From assembly GCA_951406725.2 (NCBI GenBank), contig OX597821.1, forward strand, positions 63,116,001 to 63,180,000: DNA of 64,000 nucleotides, written 5' to 3'. Made by a program: the position numbers and the translations under genes. The notes under the pieces were generated by a model. That model did no database searches. It was not told the DNA's origin and saw nothing but the letters and a program-made list of their open reading frames with translations. Below are positions 38,558-53,810 of this stretch, piece after piece (the stretch's first letter is position 1; every line of letters begins with the position of its first letter). Source of the DNA: Octopus vulgaris (lineage: Eukaryota).

Positions 38558-40521
38558 TTCTGTTTTCTGATATTAAGAATAAATTTATTGAAGTATCTCT
38601 TTTATTTTGTAGGCATTGCATATTCTAAGTTTGTTCTTCTTCTCAATCTACAACCATTTCATTTCATGAAACAAAAACACCAACGCGCACTTCGTTTGAA
38701 ATTCTATAGACGTGCTGTGAACTTGATTGCAAACAAATAATCTTCACTGTAACTGCATATCCTAAGTTTCTTTGATCTAATATCTATGTTTTTCAAGTTT
38801 TCTTCTATAGGTACGTTTTAAAGATTATACTTCAGTTTATACGCATGTTTAATTCTTCTTCCTGCTAGCAAATTATCTTTTATCACAATGGTAGTTCGAA
38901 GTTTCTTTTATTGCCTGCCTCTATGATCTTTGGAATATCGTAACAGGTCAAGTTTCAAGGCGACATTATGCTTATGCCTCCCAGATGAGGGACATAATTT
39001 TCAGAACTGAAAGTGGCTAGTGACATCAGTGAAGACCTGCTGCCGAATGATCAAATTTATAGACACTAAAGACTGAAAAGAAAATATCCTGTTTACTGAG
39101 ACAATGAACCAACCTTTAGCAGTTTCTCAATAAACGGTTCTCCCTCAACACATCTATTAGTAATCAAAGCTGGAAGGGCAATGTTGCTAAAGCGGAGTTC
39201 TAGAATAAAACAGACCATTATTTTGTGAGTAAACATAATGGCTTTTATATCAAGTCAACTATACTAGCCAAATCAGCTGTTTTATTGAATAGAAAACAGT
39301 TGTAAATGTAAATAAGAAGATATCGTTTAAGTGAGTGGATGATTTCATTTAACGCTAAAAGCCACAGCAGTAGAAGATGTGACATATTATAGTGTATAAT
39401 TCAGGAGTTGCAGCCAGTAATTTTTTTTAACCTAAAAAATGTAAGAATCTTCAGCATTACTTTAATTGATTCTCCTCCAAATTTTTCACTGTCGAAGGAT
39501 TCTGTCCGACCTCTCCTAGCAGCAAGTTCACTGTGTTCGTTTTATTGATTTTTAAATGTATCTATGTATATTTGTATACATATGTATATGCATATTTATT
39601 TGTGCATACAGACGCACACATATATGCACATATATTTATATATGTATGCTAATATATAATATATATGCATTTATGTATACTTACATGCTCGGGTGTTCGA
39701 TATTTTCTTGTACAACGGTCTAAAATCTGTCCTATTTACGATTGCCTTTATACGTTTTTCGGAACGTCCTAATATTATCAATCGTAAAAGTGTAAATGTT
39801 CAGACACAGTGGAATAGAATTTACCCTACTTTAGTGATAATATCTTTCCTTGCTTCCACTTCTTTTCCGAAATGAGATTACTCAAAATATATTAATTTTA
39901 TATTCCATTGATGATATGTGATTGTCTGTCTCTGTGTGTGCGTGCGTGCATATATATATATATATATACATACATGCATACACATACATATACACATGTA
40001 TATGTATACATCCATGTATATGAATATATACACACATACACACAGACATACACCCCCATATATATGTGTGTGTATGTATCAGTGTTTGTTCATACTGCTA
40101 CTTAGTCATCGTACAATAGGCGCCTCCAAACGAAATGATATCGGCGGTATATTTATCGATATCACATGGTATATAATGGTACAAAAGAGTGCATGAATAC
40201 CCAAAATGATATATAAACAGTGACTTAGATGGTTATATCAGTAAAGGAATGACTGATCCAAGCAATCAAAATATGAATGAATTTTATGGATAATATATTT
40301 ATATGCATTGAAACACTTCTAACATTTAGTATCTTTCGCCGTGGCTCCATGTGAAGTTACATCAATATTGTAAACAGAATTGGCATGTGAAATACAAAAA
40401 TCCACAGACTGCTAAACAAACACACAAATATTATACATACACAGATCAGTGTTTCTGTGAGTGTTTGTTTGTGTGTGTGTGTTTGTGTGTACATGTATAT
40501 CTCTTCTTGTGTGTGTCTATT

Positions 40522-40557
<36 letters not shown>

Positions 40558-40568
40558 CACATACATAT

Positions 40569-40659
<91 letters not shown>

Positions 40660-40797
40660 CATATAGACGTATATACTGACACACAGACACACGGATGTTT
40701 TTGTGTATATATTCACATACATGCATGTATATATACACACATATATATCTATATACGTGTGTATGTGTGTATAAATATATATATATATATATAAATA

Positions 40798-41000
40798 AGT
40801 AGAGGAATTTATCTGTAACTATAATAAGTGACAATTATTCGGCAGCCATGATAAAATTCCGAGTTTGGGATGTGAGTTAACCGGCCATCGAAAAAATGCT
40901 ATGAAAATAACCTTTCCGCCCCGACATCTGAAACTCGCAGTTTTATCATGGCTACAGAATAATTGTCACTTATATTTACAGATAATTTCCTCTATTTACA
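40798..41000. repeat. Fold-back (inverted ~75-bp arms), PLE-terminus-like
   Basis: agtagaggaatttatctgtaac..taagtgacaattattcggcagccatgataaaattccgagttt versus aaactcgcagttttatcatggctacagaataattgtcacttatatttacagataatttcctctattt. Confidence 0.75.
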
Positions 41001-41068
41001 TTATATCGAGGTATCTTTCATTTTTTTGTTGTCTTATCATTTCTATCAACACACACACACACACACAG

Positions 41069-41100
<32 letters not shown>

Positions 41101-41127
41101 TACAACGAAAATTTTATATCTTAGACA

Positions 41128-41189
41128 TAGAGTTATCCAAGGTTTCGCATCCACAAAGCAAAGCCTTGTAGACACCTCGTCAGTCTCTA
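41128..41189 (-). ncRNA. Degenerate type I hammerhead
   Basis: TAGAGA-CTGACGA-G-GTGTCTACAA...TTGTGGATGC-GAAA-CCTTGG-ATAA-CTCTA; cleavage triplet irregular. Confidence 0.55.
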
Positions 41190-41736
41190 TATAATTACAA
41201 AATCTAAGGTATCCACGTTGCAGACGTGAGGGAACGCTCAGAACTCGAGGAATACGTTTTAACAAGCAAACGTTGATGTGGATGGGTTATCTTCCCTGAA
41301 TATGATGGGATATAGAGAGAAATAGAGAAACACTTAGAGCGGATGTTGAGGTGAAAAGCGGAGAGGCATATATCGTAGAGAGGTTGTTACATGAGTAATA
41401 AGGAACAATCACGTATATGGGTATATAATTTAAAATGCGAACCTTATAAACACAAATATAGTGCGCTCCATAAATCATCAGGAAAATTAAGTTCCCAGTT
41501 TTAAAAGTATTTTATTAATAATTTATACAAATATTCGGTAAATAGCACAAAATGTGATTTAGTATTAGAACATTATATATAAATATTGCACAGTAGTGTT
41601 CATTTATCATATTCAGTAAAGCGATCAATTATTCGTACACATTCACACACATACACCCACACACATGTACATATATATATATATGTGTATATATGTACAC
41701 ACAGACAGGGAAAATGAACACAGACATATATGTATT

Positions 41737-41788
<52 letters not shown>

Positions 41789-41824
41789 CATATATATAAA
41801 TGTAAATATATATATATTTTATAC

Positions 41825-41858
<34 letters not shown>

Positions 41859-42349
41859 ATACACACATATATATATAGATGTAAAGGGTGTGAATGAGTG
41901 AGAATATCGTTGTACTCATCAATATCAAATACAATCTAAATAGCATTTAAATATAAATGGTTTATATAAGTACGTAAATTCCTATACATCTATATATGTG
42001 TTCGTGTGTGTGTGTGTTTGCGTGTGTGTGTGTGTGAGTTCGCTTGTCTGCGAATACGTGTGAAGGTTTGTCGGTCGGTGTGTCTGTATGCACACTAATG
42101 CAGAAGATCAGTAGATGAAAATTTATTACAAGCAATGAAAATATAAATGGATTTTGTGGTAAATGTATTCATTTATGTTGACACTCAATTCCCTCATATT
42201 TCGTTTTATCTCTGTTTGTGTTCACAAATATTATTTAACCACGTGAGACTATTCCTACCTTTACACATTGGTATACTATATGTATACATACATATATATT
42301 TGCGTGCGTGTGTGTGTGTATACACACATACATAGATACATACATATAC

Positions 42350-42352
<3 letters not shown>

Positions 42353-42380
<28 letters not shown>

Positions 42381-42412
42381 TGTATGTATGTATGTATGTA
42401 TGTATGTATGTA
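42353..42412. repeat. (TATG)n microsatellite
   Basis: Seen directly. Confidence 0.95.
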
Positions 42413-42622
42413 TAAATAGCATGCAGCTGAACAATGCTCTATATTTTACAAGTTCATTCACTGAGACAGATTTTTATGGAGTTCTCCTAAACCTAAAGCA
42501 CCATCATATTTTTTTCAAAGTTTCTGTGTTGAAATTTGAGATTTACACTACGTGAGAATTCTGTAGGGAAATTTATCTAGTATGTAAAACGTTGGAATCT
42601 TCTTGCTGTCCAATGTATATAT

Positions 42623-42825
42623 ATAGGGTTGACCAAAAGTCAACCGACACTAAATCAGAATTCAATAAATACGCAATGTTCGGTTTTATTTATTCTTTCC
42701 AATAATTAATGTTTAATAATTGAATGCTGTGAGTTAAAATCACCGTCTTTTTTTTTCATCACATGTCTGTATATTAGCGAAATTTTATGCGAAATAAGTT
42801 TTTATTTCAATCCTGGAATTAAATG
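42623..42825 (-). mobile_element. Tc1/mariner-superfamily 3' end remnant (tentative)
   Basis: TA-TAGGGTTGACCAAAAGTC terminus and a CDEKKDGDF-like C-terminal word. Confidence 0.35.
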
Positions 42826-42827
42826 GT

Positions 42828-43309
<482 letters not shown>

Positions 43310-43885
43310 TATCGTGCTGCTACTGTATAAGTCTCTCTGAGAGATTTAGAAATGCAATATTTCTAATTTTATATATATTAAAGATAAAGAAAAAAGAGAA
43401 GACTGAATGTGCTAACAAAAAAATATATACTTCCACAACAATTGTTTCATCTTCAGGATGTACTGCTCCCTTGTGTGCGTGAAACGAGGCAATAACATCA
43501 GATGCAACGCTCAGTGGGATAATAAGGTTTTAAGCTGCGAGATTAACATTTTAGTTTCGATGTATTGAGAGATTCTTAGCAGTTAGATGCATAAACAATA
43601 AGACGTGCACATTCTTACGCTTAAATCAATTCAAAGACGTATAGACGCACAGATTAATGATTACACGCTTGGGAACATGACGACACACACCACATGTATG
43701 TATGTAATTCAGTCATAAACGCGCATGTTTATACCGGCATACAGACACACACCTACACATACAGATGCATTCCTCAGAATACAAAGGTCCACCCACCCAG
43801 ACATATATAGAATAACAGGACACACGCACACATGTACACTCACAGACACACTCACACAGATAGAGAGAGTGAGAGAGAGACACAC

Positions 43886-43922
<37 letters not shown>

Positions 43923-43987
43923 GACAGAGATACTTATATATACATTATAAATATATATGTTTAATCTTTTATTCACTTCATTTATGA

Positions 43988-44352
43988 TTTTACTTGTTTC
44001 AGCCATTGCACTGCTGGAGCACCGCCGTTAGTCTAACAAGTCGATCCCAGAACTTATTTTCTGTAAGCGACTTATTCTATACGATTCTTTTGCCGAACTG
44101 ATAAGTTACGGGGACGTAAACACACAAACACCGGTTGTCAAGCGATCGTGGTAGAGACACCCACACACACGCACATATATATGCATGTACAACGGGCTTC
44201 TTTCAGTTTCCGTCTACCAAATCCAATCACAAAACTTTTGTCTTCCCGAGGCTATAGTCGAAGATACTTGACTAAGATGCCACACTCTGGGACTGAACCC
44301 AGAACCATGGGATTAGGAATCAAGCTCTTTACCACACAGCCACTCCTACGCG
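43988..44352 (-). mobile_element. SINE family C
   Basis: ttttacttgtttcagcc..ctgctggagcaccgcc..acgggcttctttcagtttccgtctacc..ttaccacacagccactcct. Confidence 0.88.
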
Positions 44353-45007
44353 TGTATAATTACACGTGAGTGCATCCATATGTACATATATACATGCGCA
44401 TTTATGCCTGTGAAGTTAATGTTCGTGGCTTGTCCAGTAAAGAGAGTAAGGAATAATGCTTCCTATGAGCTCATTGCTCCATCATCATACACATATTTGG
44501 ACAAATGTGCTACTACTACATCTTAGTTATAAACTTAGGAGCATATTCATTTACAGTGTGGTTCTGTTTATATTGCCGCCTTCGTTAATCACAAATTCCC
44601 ACTTAACAAGTGACTCCTTGTCGGTAAAACAATTGTTGGATAAAACGTTGTGGAAACGAACCAAGGGATTCGTTTCTGTTTCTCATTGCTATATATAGCT
44701 GATCACATATTTTAGTATTACAGCCTGAATCTTGTGTGTTCTTCATAGATTTCATTCTGCTGCATCCATCTGGCCAATATCTCCTGTCTGAAGAAAACAT
44801 TCTCCATTCTTCTCAACGAAACGACCTTGAAATTATTCAAGCAAGTGCTCCTAATTCTTTAACTGAGTCATTGAAGGAACTACCGTTATTGGATGGTGCC
44901 AACGAGTAGTATGTAGATGGCTGCTCATTCAGCTAGAGATAACAGTCTTATCCTCACAATCTCAACTTACTGCTTTCAATAAGGGATAGATTTGATAGTA
45001 TCGACCA

Positions 45008-45078
<71 letters not shown>

Positions 45079-45187
45079 AATATATATATATATATATATA
45101 TAAACATATACACGTATATATGTACACATATCTACTTATACATGTATATGTATATGTAGATGTGTGTGTGTATGTATATGTATGTGT

Positions 45188-45555
45188 ACTCGCAGACATG
45201 ATTGCGAGCTAAAAAGTTTGCTTCCCAACCATATGGATTCGAGTTCAGTCCCATTGCATGGCATCTTAGACAAGTACCATATAATATAGCCGCAGAGCGA
45301 CCAGAGCGTTGTACGTAGTTTTCTAAAGATGGAAACTGAAAGAAGCCTATCATGTGTGTTTGTGTGCGTTTATATACTTGTGTTTGCCCTCCACCACCGC
45401 TTGTCAACCGCTTTAGCGTTTTGGCAAACAAGGACAATAGCATAAGAACTAGGCCTTAGAAATATCAAATACTAGGGTCCACTCTTTCGACCAAAAATTC
45501 TTCAAGGCCTACACGATGCTAATAGCTGCCTAATGGCTGAAACATTTAAAAGATA
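45188..45555 (+). mobile_element. SINE family C, degenerate
   Basis: gcttcccaacc..gagttcagtcccattgcatggcatctt..gatggaaactgaaagaagcc..ctgaaacatttaaaag. Confidence 0.8.
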
Positions 45556-45792
45556 CATACATATATATATACACGGAGCAGCCCACAGTGGTATTAGTGA
45601 AACCTCGACCCGTAAATTTTAGGTATCTTGTTTGAAATCCTGCCGGCAGGATAACTGTTAGCCCTGCCCTCTCTGATACCTGTCCATATGTTGTGAACAA
45701 TTTTCTTAATTTTCAGTAATTTTCCTTTTGTATGATGAAAAATTCCACATAAATAAGTGCATATGTATACATATATACGTGTATATGTATGC

Positions 45793-45836
<44 letters not shown>

Positions 45837-46445
45837 ATACATATAAAAAATAGAAAAGAGTGAAAAAACTACAGAAGGCTTGTTTTATAAGTTTAAAGAA
45901 TATATTTAAGTCGTTATGTTAGAAAAACGTTATGAAATTTTGTGTATAGTAACATAGTTTTGGGAGAAATAACCGGTTTCGTGTAAAGTTTTCAAATTTC
46001 TCAAATTTCTTTACCTATATCGTGTCATGTCTTCGTTATGAAGTGCAAAGATGAGTTCCAGGCAGGGGAGGTAATAAGGGGTTTCTTCCAGTATAAGGGA
46101 GATAATCGCTTTATTTATTATTTATTTTTTTAATGAGATGAGTTTCTCTGTATAAGAATGTTAAGATGGTTAAGTTCAGGCTTATATTTTTTCAATGAAG
46201 AATGTTTCCTTGTGCATGTATACATTACATGCATGTACATAAATATCTAAGCATAGATAGATATGACACATATTTATTTATGCACTTATATATGGACGGA
46301 TGGAGGAAAATATGTTTGGCCTGTGTGTATATACTTTATATATGTACCAAAATATGGATTTGGAGTTTATGTATTATACGAATATTTGCGTATGTAGATA
46401 CACATATCTATGCATGCATGTAATATAGATAGATAGTTAAATAAT

Positions 46446-46447
<2 letters not shown>

Positions 46448-46520
<73 letters not shown>
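46448..46520. repeat. (GATA)n microsatellite
   Basis: Seen directly. Confidence 0.97.
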
Positions 46521-46521
<1 letters not shown>

Positions 46522-47684
46522 TGAGAGAGATAGAGAGTGAGAGAGAGACAGAGATAAATAATTAGATTTGGTCATAGCTTACTGTTCCTTTAAGGTACAG
46601 TTAACGTTTTTGTATCCGGAACGGTACGTAATGTCCAGTTCGCTAAAAAGGTTTTGTCCATATGCGTGTAATCGCTGATAATTTCAAGTTTCGAATTAAA
46701 TACTGTAGTGTATTCTTAGGTCTGAAATAAATGTGCAATCTTTCAGCTATGGATAAGTCGCATTACTTAAACCATTTACAAATGGCTTGGATTTCTCCGC
46801 GATCCTCCACTTAATTTTGTGGTGCACAGTTGGAGTACAAATTGCATACACTACTAAGCAACTTATTGGCTTGCGTTGGAAAGAAGATTTGTTGTTTGCT
46901 TACCATCATTTAAAATTACCTTCGGGTAAAACGATGTAACTTTCCTTTCTTTTACATTATCTTGATGTGTTATTATGATTTCTTTTCATAAACGCCCGGT
47001 CATCTGGCGCTTCGCGGTTCTACAGTCACAACTGGGAGTGGGCTCCAGGAGAGGCTACGAGTAATAGTGTTCTTAACATTGGTGTAGTAAATGTATGATA
47101 TTTTAATCGAGCACCTATTAAAAATCTTCCTGTATTTACGGTTTACTCGGAAATGTTTATATAAAAGAACCAGGAATTTCTGCCTGCATTGGTTTTAACA
47201 TTAAGGGAGAAGTGGAGCGAACTATATTATTTTCCTCTGTTTATTTTAACGTCTATTTCTAGGTTTCATATTTTTAACTGATAGATGGTAACATATCATC
47301 TTTGAAGCATCGTTATCGTAGAAGCTGCTTTATCACATATTTCTTTTTATGATGAAGGGAGATTAGAAATCTTATAACAAGTGTTAGATATCACGTTTTT
47401 GAACACAACCAGGGGTAAAAGGACTGTTCCTCTACATAGCAGAGTTTCTCTTTCGGTTTACGGTAAACAGTCGCTTCCGTTTCAAAGCAAACCTCATTCA
47501 TTTAAGTATACTCTTCATTCGTACTTACATTTCTGAGTGTATGTTTTCGGGTATGTATATGTACAGGAACATGGTTATATGTATATGCAGGAGTAAACGA
47601 CTTCTCTCTTCTTATGAAATACTTGGCATTATTCGAATCTTTGAAGCCAGTGTAAGTGAGCATAAACACAAAATATATGTACAT

Positions 47685-47725
47685 AATTATATATATATAT
47701 GTGTGTGTGTGTATACATATATAAG

Positions 47726-47797
<72 letters not shown>

Positions 47798-47950
47798 TAT
47801 TATTTGAGGGAATAATTGACTTAATCTTTACTTTTTATTGTTATTTTTATCTTAACTTTTCTATTATATGTAATTTTCTAGATGGTGTAATTTAATTATT
47901 CATTTTGAATTGATAAAATGTGTTTTTTTCTGATATTTTATATGTATATA

Positions 47951-48016
<66 letters not shown>

Positions 48017-48062
48017 TATATATGTATATTTGTATGCATATATAAGTATATTTGTATATATT

Positions 48063-48140
<78 letters not shown>

Positions 48141-48217
48141 TAGACAGATACCCATTCGCAATCATTTATATAGGCATATATAACCACACACACAAACACC
48201 TACACAGACACACACAC

Positions 48218-48250
<33 letters not shown>
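47685..48250. repeat. Cluster of (TA)n, (GA)n, (CA)n and (TG)n microsatellites
   Basis: Seen directly. Confidence 0.9.
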
Positions 48251-48252
<2 letters not shown>

Positions 48253-49524
48253 AGCACATGTGCATGGACACACAAACATGCGCTATCAAATTTTCACTTA
48301 CTTCGGGGTTGGCTTTAATTTATTTTGTGATTTCGAATATTATCATATAATTTCATTATAGATATCAACTACATAATTCTATATTTGGATCTGATTTTAA
48401 TATGATCATTATTACTGAGTTGACGTACGAAAAATAGAAAATCTTAATAAATATACAAACTGCGCAATAGCTATAATATAAATGTATGAATGAACACTCT
48501 GCTTAATATATTCGATATTGAAAAGCATAAATATTCATGATATTTTACATCAATGCACTTTTATATCATTCTTACTCATTATATTCTCAAACTGATATGA
48601 GTGTGAGGTCCTTTAGAAACAGCTCTCTTAATTATATTACACCGGTTTCAGTGTGTTGTATTACGACTGAAAACTTCTGCTGATCAGTGCCAGTTTTCCG
48701 GTTGTGAAAATCTAATGAATGATTTCACATCTATGAAGTCACGGAGAGGTTTCTTTTAAAATGTACATCTCAGCATTCCATTTCCTTTCTATGCATCTAA
48801 TATGTCGTCAACATTTCAATGTTATCATATGTACAATGTTAACGTGAACTGTCTCAGAAATTCAGTCAGCGATCTAGCTGTATTTTAATTAAAAAGAACT
48901 GAACCATTGTCTTATAACTTCTATAACTTTAATTGAAATTATAGAAATTGAGTAGCAAAGACGTTTTAAAATCCGTGTATTATGCTCCTATCAGCTTTTA
49001 GTTTGTAAATAGAAAGACTCATAAATACAACGAAGAAATAAGTTTTTAAGGAACACTGATACTTTCAAAACACTTTTTTTCTCTTTTAGTTACGTTGAAG
49101 AGGAGGAAGTCCCATTATCTCCTTCATATATTGTCAAATTTTGACAACAAAATGATAATAATGCGTGATTCAGGGAAAGCATGAGGATTTAAAATATGTC
49201 ATGGGCAGAATAAGTTTGAATTTTAAAAAAATAATCCGGTTTTCTAACATAAAAACTGTTTTATAAAACAACGTAGGCGAAATGTGATATATTTTCATGA
49301 GGAAAACGCAGCTGGAGTTGTCAGAAAAATGACAATATGCATTAAATACTTGTTTTATATGTATTGAATAAACATCTGCGTGGCAAAGATGCATGGATAT
49401 CTATCCAAATGTTGAAAATTACTCGTGAACCCAGATTTCGAATCAGATGTTTTGTGAAGGATAGAGGTTTCTAAGTTATAATTCAAAAAACCGAATCGCT
49501 CAAATTCGTATGTCACAAAGTAAT

Positions 49525-49873
49525 GTGGAAGCACTCCGTCGGTTACGACGACGAGGGTTCCGGTTGATCCGAATCAACGGAACAGCCTGCTCGTGAAATT
49601 AACGTGCAAGTGGCTGAGCACTCCAGGGACAAGGCCGGCCCTTTGAAATACAGGTACAACAGAAATACAGGTACAACAGAAACAGGAAGTAAGAGTGAGA
49701 GAAAGTTGCGGTGAAAGAGTACAGCAGGGATCACCACCATCCCCTGCCGGAGCCTCGTGGAGCTTTAGGTGTTTTCGCTCAATAAACACTGACAACGCAC
49801 GGTCTGGGAATCGAAACCGCGATCCTATGACCGCGAGTCCCCTGCCCTAACCAATGGGCCATTGCGCCTACAC
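49525..49873 (-). mobile_element. SINE family B with 11-bp TSD
   Basis: Close match to 27774-28164 with an internal deletion and a short duplication (tacaggtacaacagaaa x2); TSD CACAAAGTAAT at 49514-49524 and 49874-49884. Confidence 0.93.
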
Positions 49874-50557
49874 CACAAAGTAATAACATAACGTTGTAAG
49901 GAAATAAATCGGAGGCATATAATAATCTTTTCTAATACTAAATTTTCACTTAAATCCATGAAATTGATCAGGTTTCTTCTTGAACAAGCTAATGCCTGTT
50001 ACCATCAAACGAGGAAAGAAAGTATTTTAGAAGCAATTTGAACGTATGTGACTTATTAAGTCTCAATTCCCTCAAGTAGTGAATATAATAATAAAATATC
50101 TTTTATTCCTAATATTTGTGTGAAGATTTGTATTTTCTTAGAGATATTCTATAATCTGAAAAAAAATTTTTCCCTCAGAAATATAAATAAAATATTCCTT
50201 GTTAATTGAAATATATAATGTATCAATATTTTTTTTTATTGTGAATTAATTTATAGAAAGAAATTAATCAATATATTAGAGATAAGGACTTAACTAAAAA
50301 ATTATTTTGTGAATGTGTTGCTCTAATCAACTGTGTACGAGAATATTGAAAAGTTAGTCAGCGAATTGAGTATTTGCCGATAACATAGAAACTGCAAATG
50401 TCAAATATTTGTCATTATTGATTACTTATCTGAAGTTGCTACTGAAATATCTTAGACATTTTGAAAAATTCCTCTTTAAAAATATGATGCAGAGTAAGCT
50501 ACTCCATCTTCGTGTATATAAAGTCACTTTAACTTAATGTTCGTCTTTCTTCAATCG

Positions 50558-50594
<37 letters not shown>

Positions 50595-50645
50595 TTATAA
50601 CATATACGTATATTGCATAGGTGCATAAGTACTCACAAACACAGG

Positions 50646-50683
<38 letters not shown>

Positions 50684-50685
<2 letters not shown>

Positions 50686-51192
50686 AGGTGCAATGGCCCA
50701 GTGGTTAGGGCAATGGGCTCACGGTCGTAGGATCGCGGTTTCGATTTCCAGACCGGGCATTGTGAGTGGTATTGAGCGAAAACACCTAAAGCTCCACGAG
50801 GCTCCAGCAGCGGGTGGTGGTGAATCCTCCTGTACCCTTTCACCGCAACTTTCTCTCACTCTTTCTTCCTGTATCTGTTGTACCTGTATTTCAAAGGGCC
50901 AGCCTTGTCACACTCTGTGTCACGCAGATTTTCCCCGAGGAGATTACACGTGTCTGTGGAGTGCTCAGCCACTTGCACGTTAATAATTGAGCTTCGACGT
51001 CACTGGTGCCTAGCTGTTTTGGCATTTGCCTTTCCCTTGGATAACATCGGTGGCGTGGAGAGGGGAGGCCGGTATGCATGGACGACTGCTGGTCTTGCAT
51101 AAACAACCTTGCCCAGACATGTGACTCGGAGGGTAACTTTCTAGGTGCAATCCATGGTCATTCATGATCGAAGGGGGTCACAACAACAACAA
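50684..51192 (+). mobile_element. SINE family B head and body with an alternative 3' tail
   Basis: Same head as 27774 up to ccacttgcacgttaa, then an unrelated ~200-nt tail ending (caa)n. Confidence 0.88.
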
Positions 51193-51614
51193 CAGATAGA
51201 CAGACAGATAGAGAGAGGATCAGTGCACTAGGGACAAATGAGTTTACTTCTTTGGAAGAGCACAATTTATATTCAAACCACATATTAAGCACATGAAACT
51301 TAGTATGATACTGAGGAACAGACGAGATAGAAATGGTTGTACACTCATTTGTCATGGATGTAATTGATTAGGCTTAAATAGAGATTCACAGGTACAATAA
51401 CCACTCTATATACAACTATAATTATCTCTGCTATTTACACTAAACGTAGGAGAGATATTGTACAGGACTCGCTAAATTGGATGGTTCTAATTTTTGTTTG
51501 TTTGGGTTGTTTAGCCTTTGGGAAATGCACACTGAGTCGACGATACTAAGAGTATGTACCCATGTATTATTGCGACAAAGTCAATAATGTATTTGTGTTC
51601 TATATTTTTAAGAC

Positions 51615-51919
51615 GTGGAGGCGCGATGACCCAATAGTTAAGGTAGCGGACACGCGGTCGGAGGATCACAATTTCGATTCCCAGACCGAGTTTATTGAGC
51701 GAAAACACCTAAAGCTCCACGATGCTCCGGTAGGGGTGGTAGCGACCCCTGTTGTACTCTTTCACCCCAACTTTCTCTCACTCTTTCTTCCTGTTTCTTG
51801 CGTAACGCTGCAATGGACTGGCGTCCCATCCAGCTGGGGAGAGGTACACATACGCCACAGAAACCGGGAAACCGGGCCCATGAGCCTGGCTAGGCTTGAA
51901 AAGGGCGCATAAAAAATAC
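51615..51919 (+). mobile_element. SINE family B head with V-domain-like tail, 10-bp TSD
   Basis: Family B head, then ctgcaatggactggcgtcccatccag; TSD TTTTTAAGAC at 51605-51614 and 51920-51929. Confidence 0.85.
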
Positions 51920-53100
51920 TTTTTAAGACACTAGAGATCGATTTGTGTTTGACTCGCATACTCTTTGTAACAAGATGAATGCCTGGTACAATCTTGTTTT
52001 CAAAAAAGTGATTAAAAATGCTTATTTAAGCTTTTATGATGGTTGAACTATTAAAAGTGTTGTCGCTTTTAAGTAATTATTCATTTATAAAGCAAGCAAT
52101 GGTAATTTAGTTTCAAAACGTATTTCTAAGCAAGTCAAACATTATCAATATTCCTGAGTAATTATATAAATCTCTGGCTAAGTAATATGCAATGTCATAC
52201 GAGCCATAGTAAATTGAAAATAAAGTTAAACCTTAGAGACAGACGTAAAAAAAAAGTTTATAAAGCATTCCGTGGCTAGTGATACTTCAATAGGTAACTA
52301 ATATAGTATCTCTTTTACTCAAGACATACAGGTGGGAATAGTAGGTGTGACGGTTTACTTTTTACTTTTTACTCCCTGACATTAACAGCGGAATTTAGAG
52401 GAAATGGAGAGCTACAAAATTAAATGGTAAAGTAAACTTCATATTCTATATAGAATGATTACAGCAAATATAGATAGAGGTCGTTCTTTAGCACACATCC
52501 GTAAATCTTCATATTTACATGCAGATATCAGTTAATTTTATTGAACAGTACATTCAAAGCTGATATTTGGATATGCATATAGAAATATAGACATAATTTC
52601 ATTCGTATATGTATATACGGGCACACATACATATATAAATACTTCTCACTTACACACATACAAGCACACATATACTCATACATACAAACATACTTACATG
52701 CATACATACTTACATGCATGCATGCATACCTACATACATACATACATACAAAGCCTTCACTGAGGCGATGGATTGTAAAAATGTTCGCTCAGTTTTTTCT
52801 ATTCTTTCGATGTATAAACGTTTTCATGAACCGTTTCACAAAATGTTCACTGCTCTTCAAAGATTATATAGAGAATGCCGTTCCTCAATCGATAGCTTAG
52901 GGAATTGTGTTATTATACAAAACAGGTAGGAACTTGGTTATTTCCGTTGTTTGATAGCTTAAATTGTTTAATTAATCTTTACATAGAGGCGAGCCGTCTA
53001 AAGCACACACTTACACATACACCTACATATATGTATATATGCATGCATATATATATACATATATATATACACATACACACGTATATATGTATGTGTGTAA

Positions 53101-53139
<39 letters not shown>

Positions 53140-53486
53140 TACTAATAAAAACTTATTTTAATAAAACGCATATTGCATGGCAGCATTGTGTGCTTTATTA
53201 TATGTATATGGCATGAAAAAACTTTACACATACAGTAACGTTTCTACATTTCAATGCCGTTAAAATACCTTGAATGAGAGTATTGTATCAGTGAGATGAT
53301 ATCCTTTCATGGGATTTGAATGCAAACTCAATTATTCTTTGTAAGGACAGTGTATAGGATCTTTCCTTACTACATTCTTTCTTTCTTTACTTCTTCCTTT
53401 TATTACAACTACCACTAATACTAATATTACTGCTGCTGTTGCCGCTGATTCTTTCTCTACTATTTCCTTATAGTTTCTAATCGTGT

Positions 53487-53810
53487 GAAGGCGCGTGGCT
53501 TGTGGTTAGGGGAATTCGGCTCATGATCGTATGGTCGTGAGTTCAATACCCGGCGGCGCGTTGTGTCTTTGTGCATGATACTTTATTGCACGTTGCTCCA
53601 GTCCACTCAGCTGGCAAAAATGAGTAGTATCTGTATTTCGAAGGGCCAGTCTTGTCACTCTCTGTGTCACACTGAATCTCCCCGAGAACTACGTTAAGGG
53701 TACACGTATCTGTGGAGTGCTCAGCCACTTGAACCTTAATTTCACGAGCAAGCTGTTCCGTTGATCGTATCAGCTGGGACCCTCGTCGTCGCAACCGACG
53801 TAGTGCTCCT
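53487..53810 (+). mobile_element. SINE with a different tRNA head, CORE-like segment and family B tail
   Basis: gaaggcgcgtggcttgtggttagg..gagttcaatacccgg..gtgtctttgtgcatgatac, then the tail shared with 27774. Confidence 0.85.

Noticed and set aside
46985-47170. GC-richer patch and TATA-like tatataaaag
   Set aside because: No sustained open frame and no downstream gene to support a promoter call
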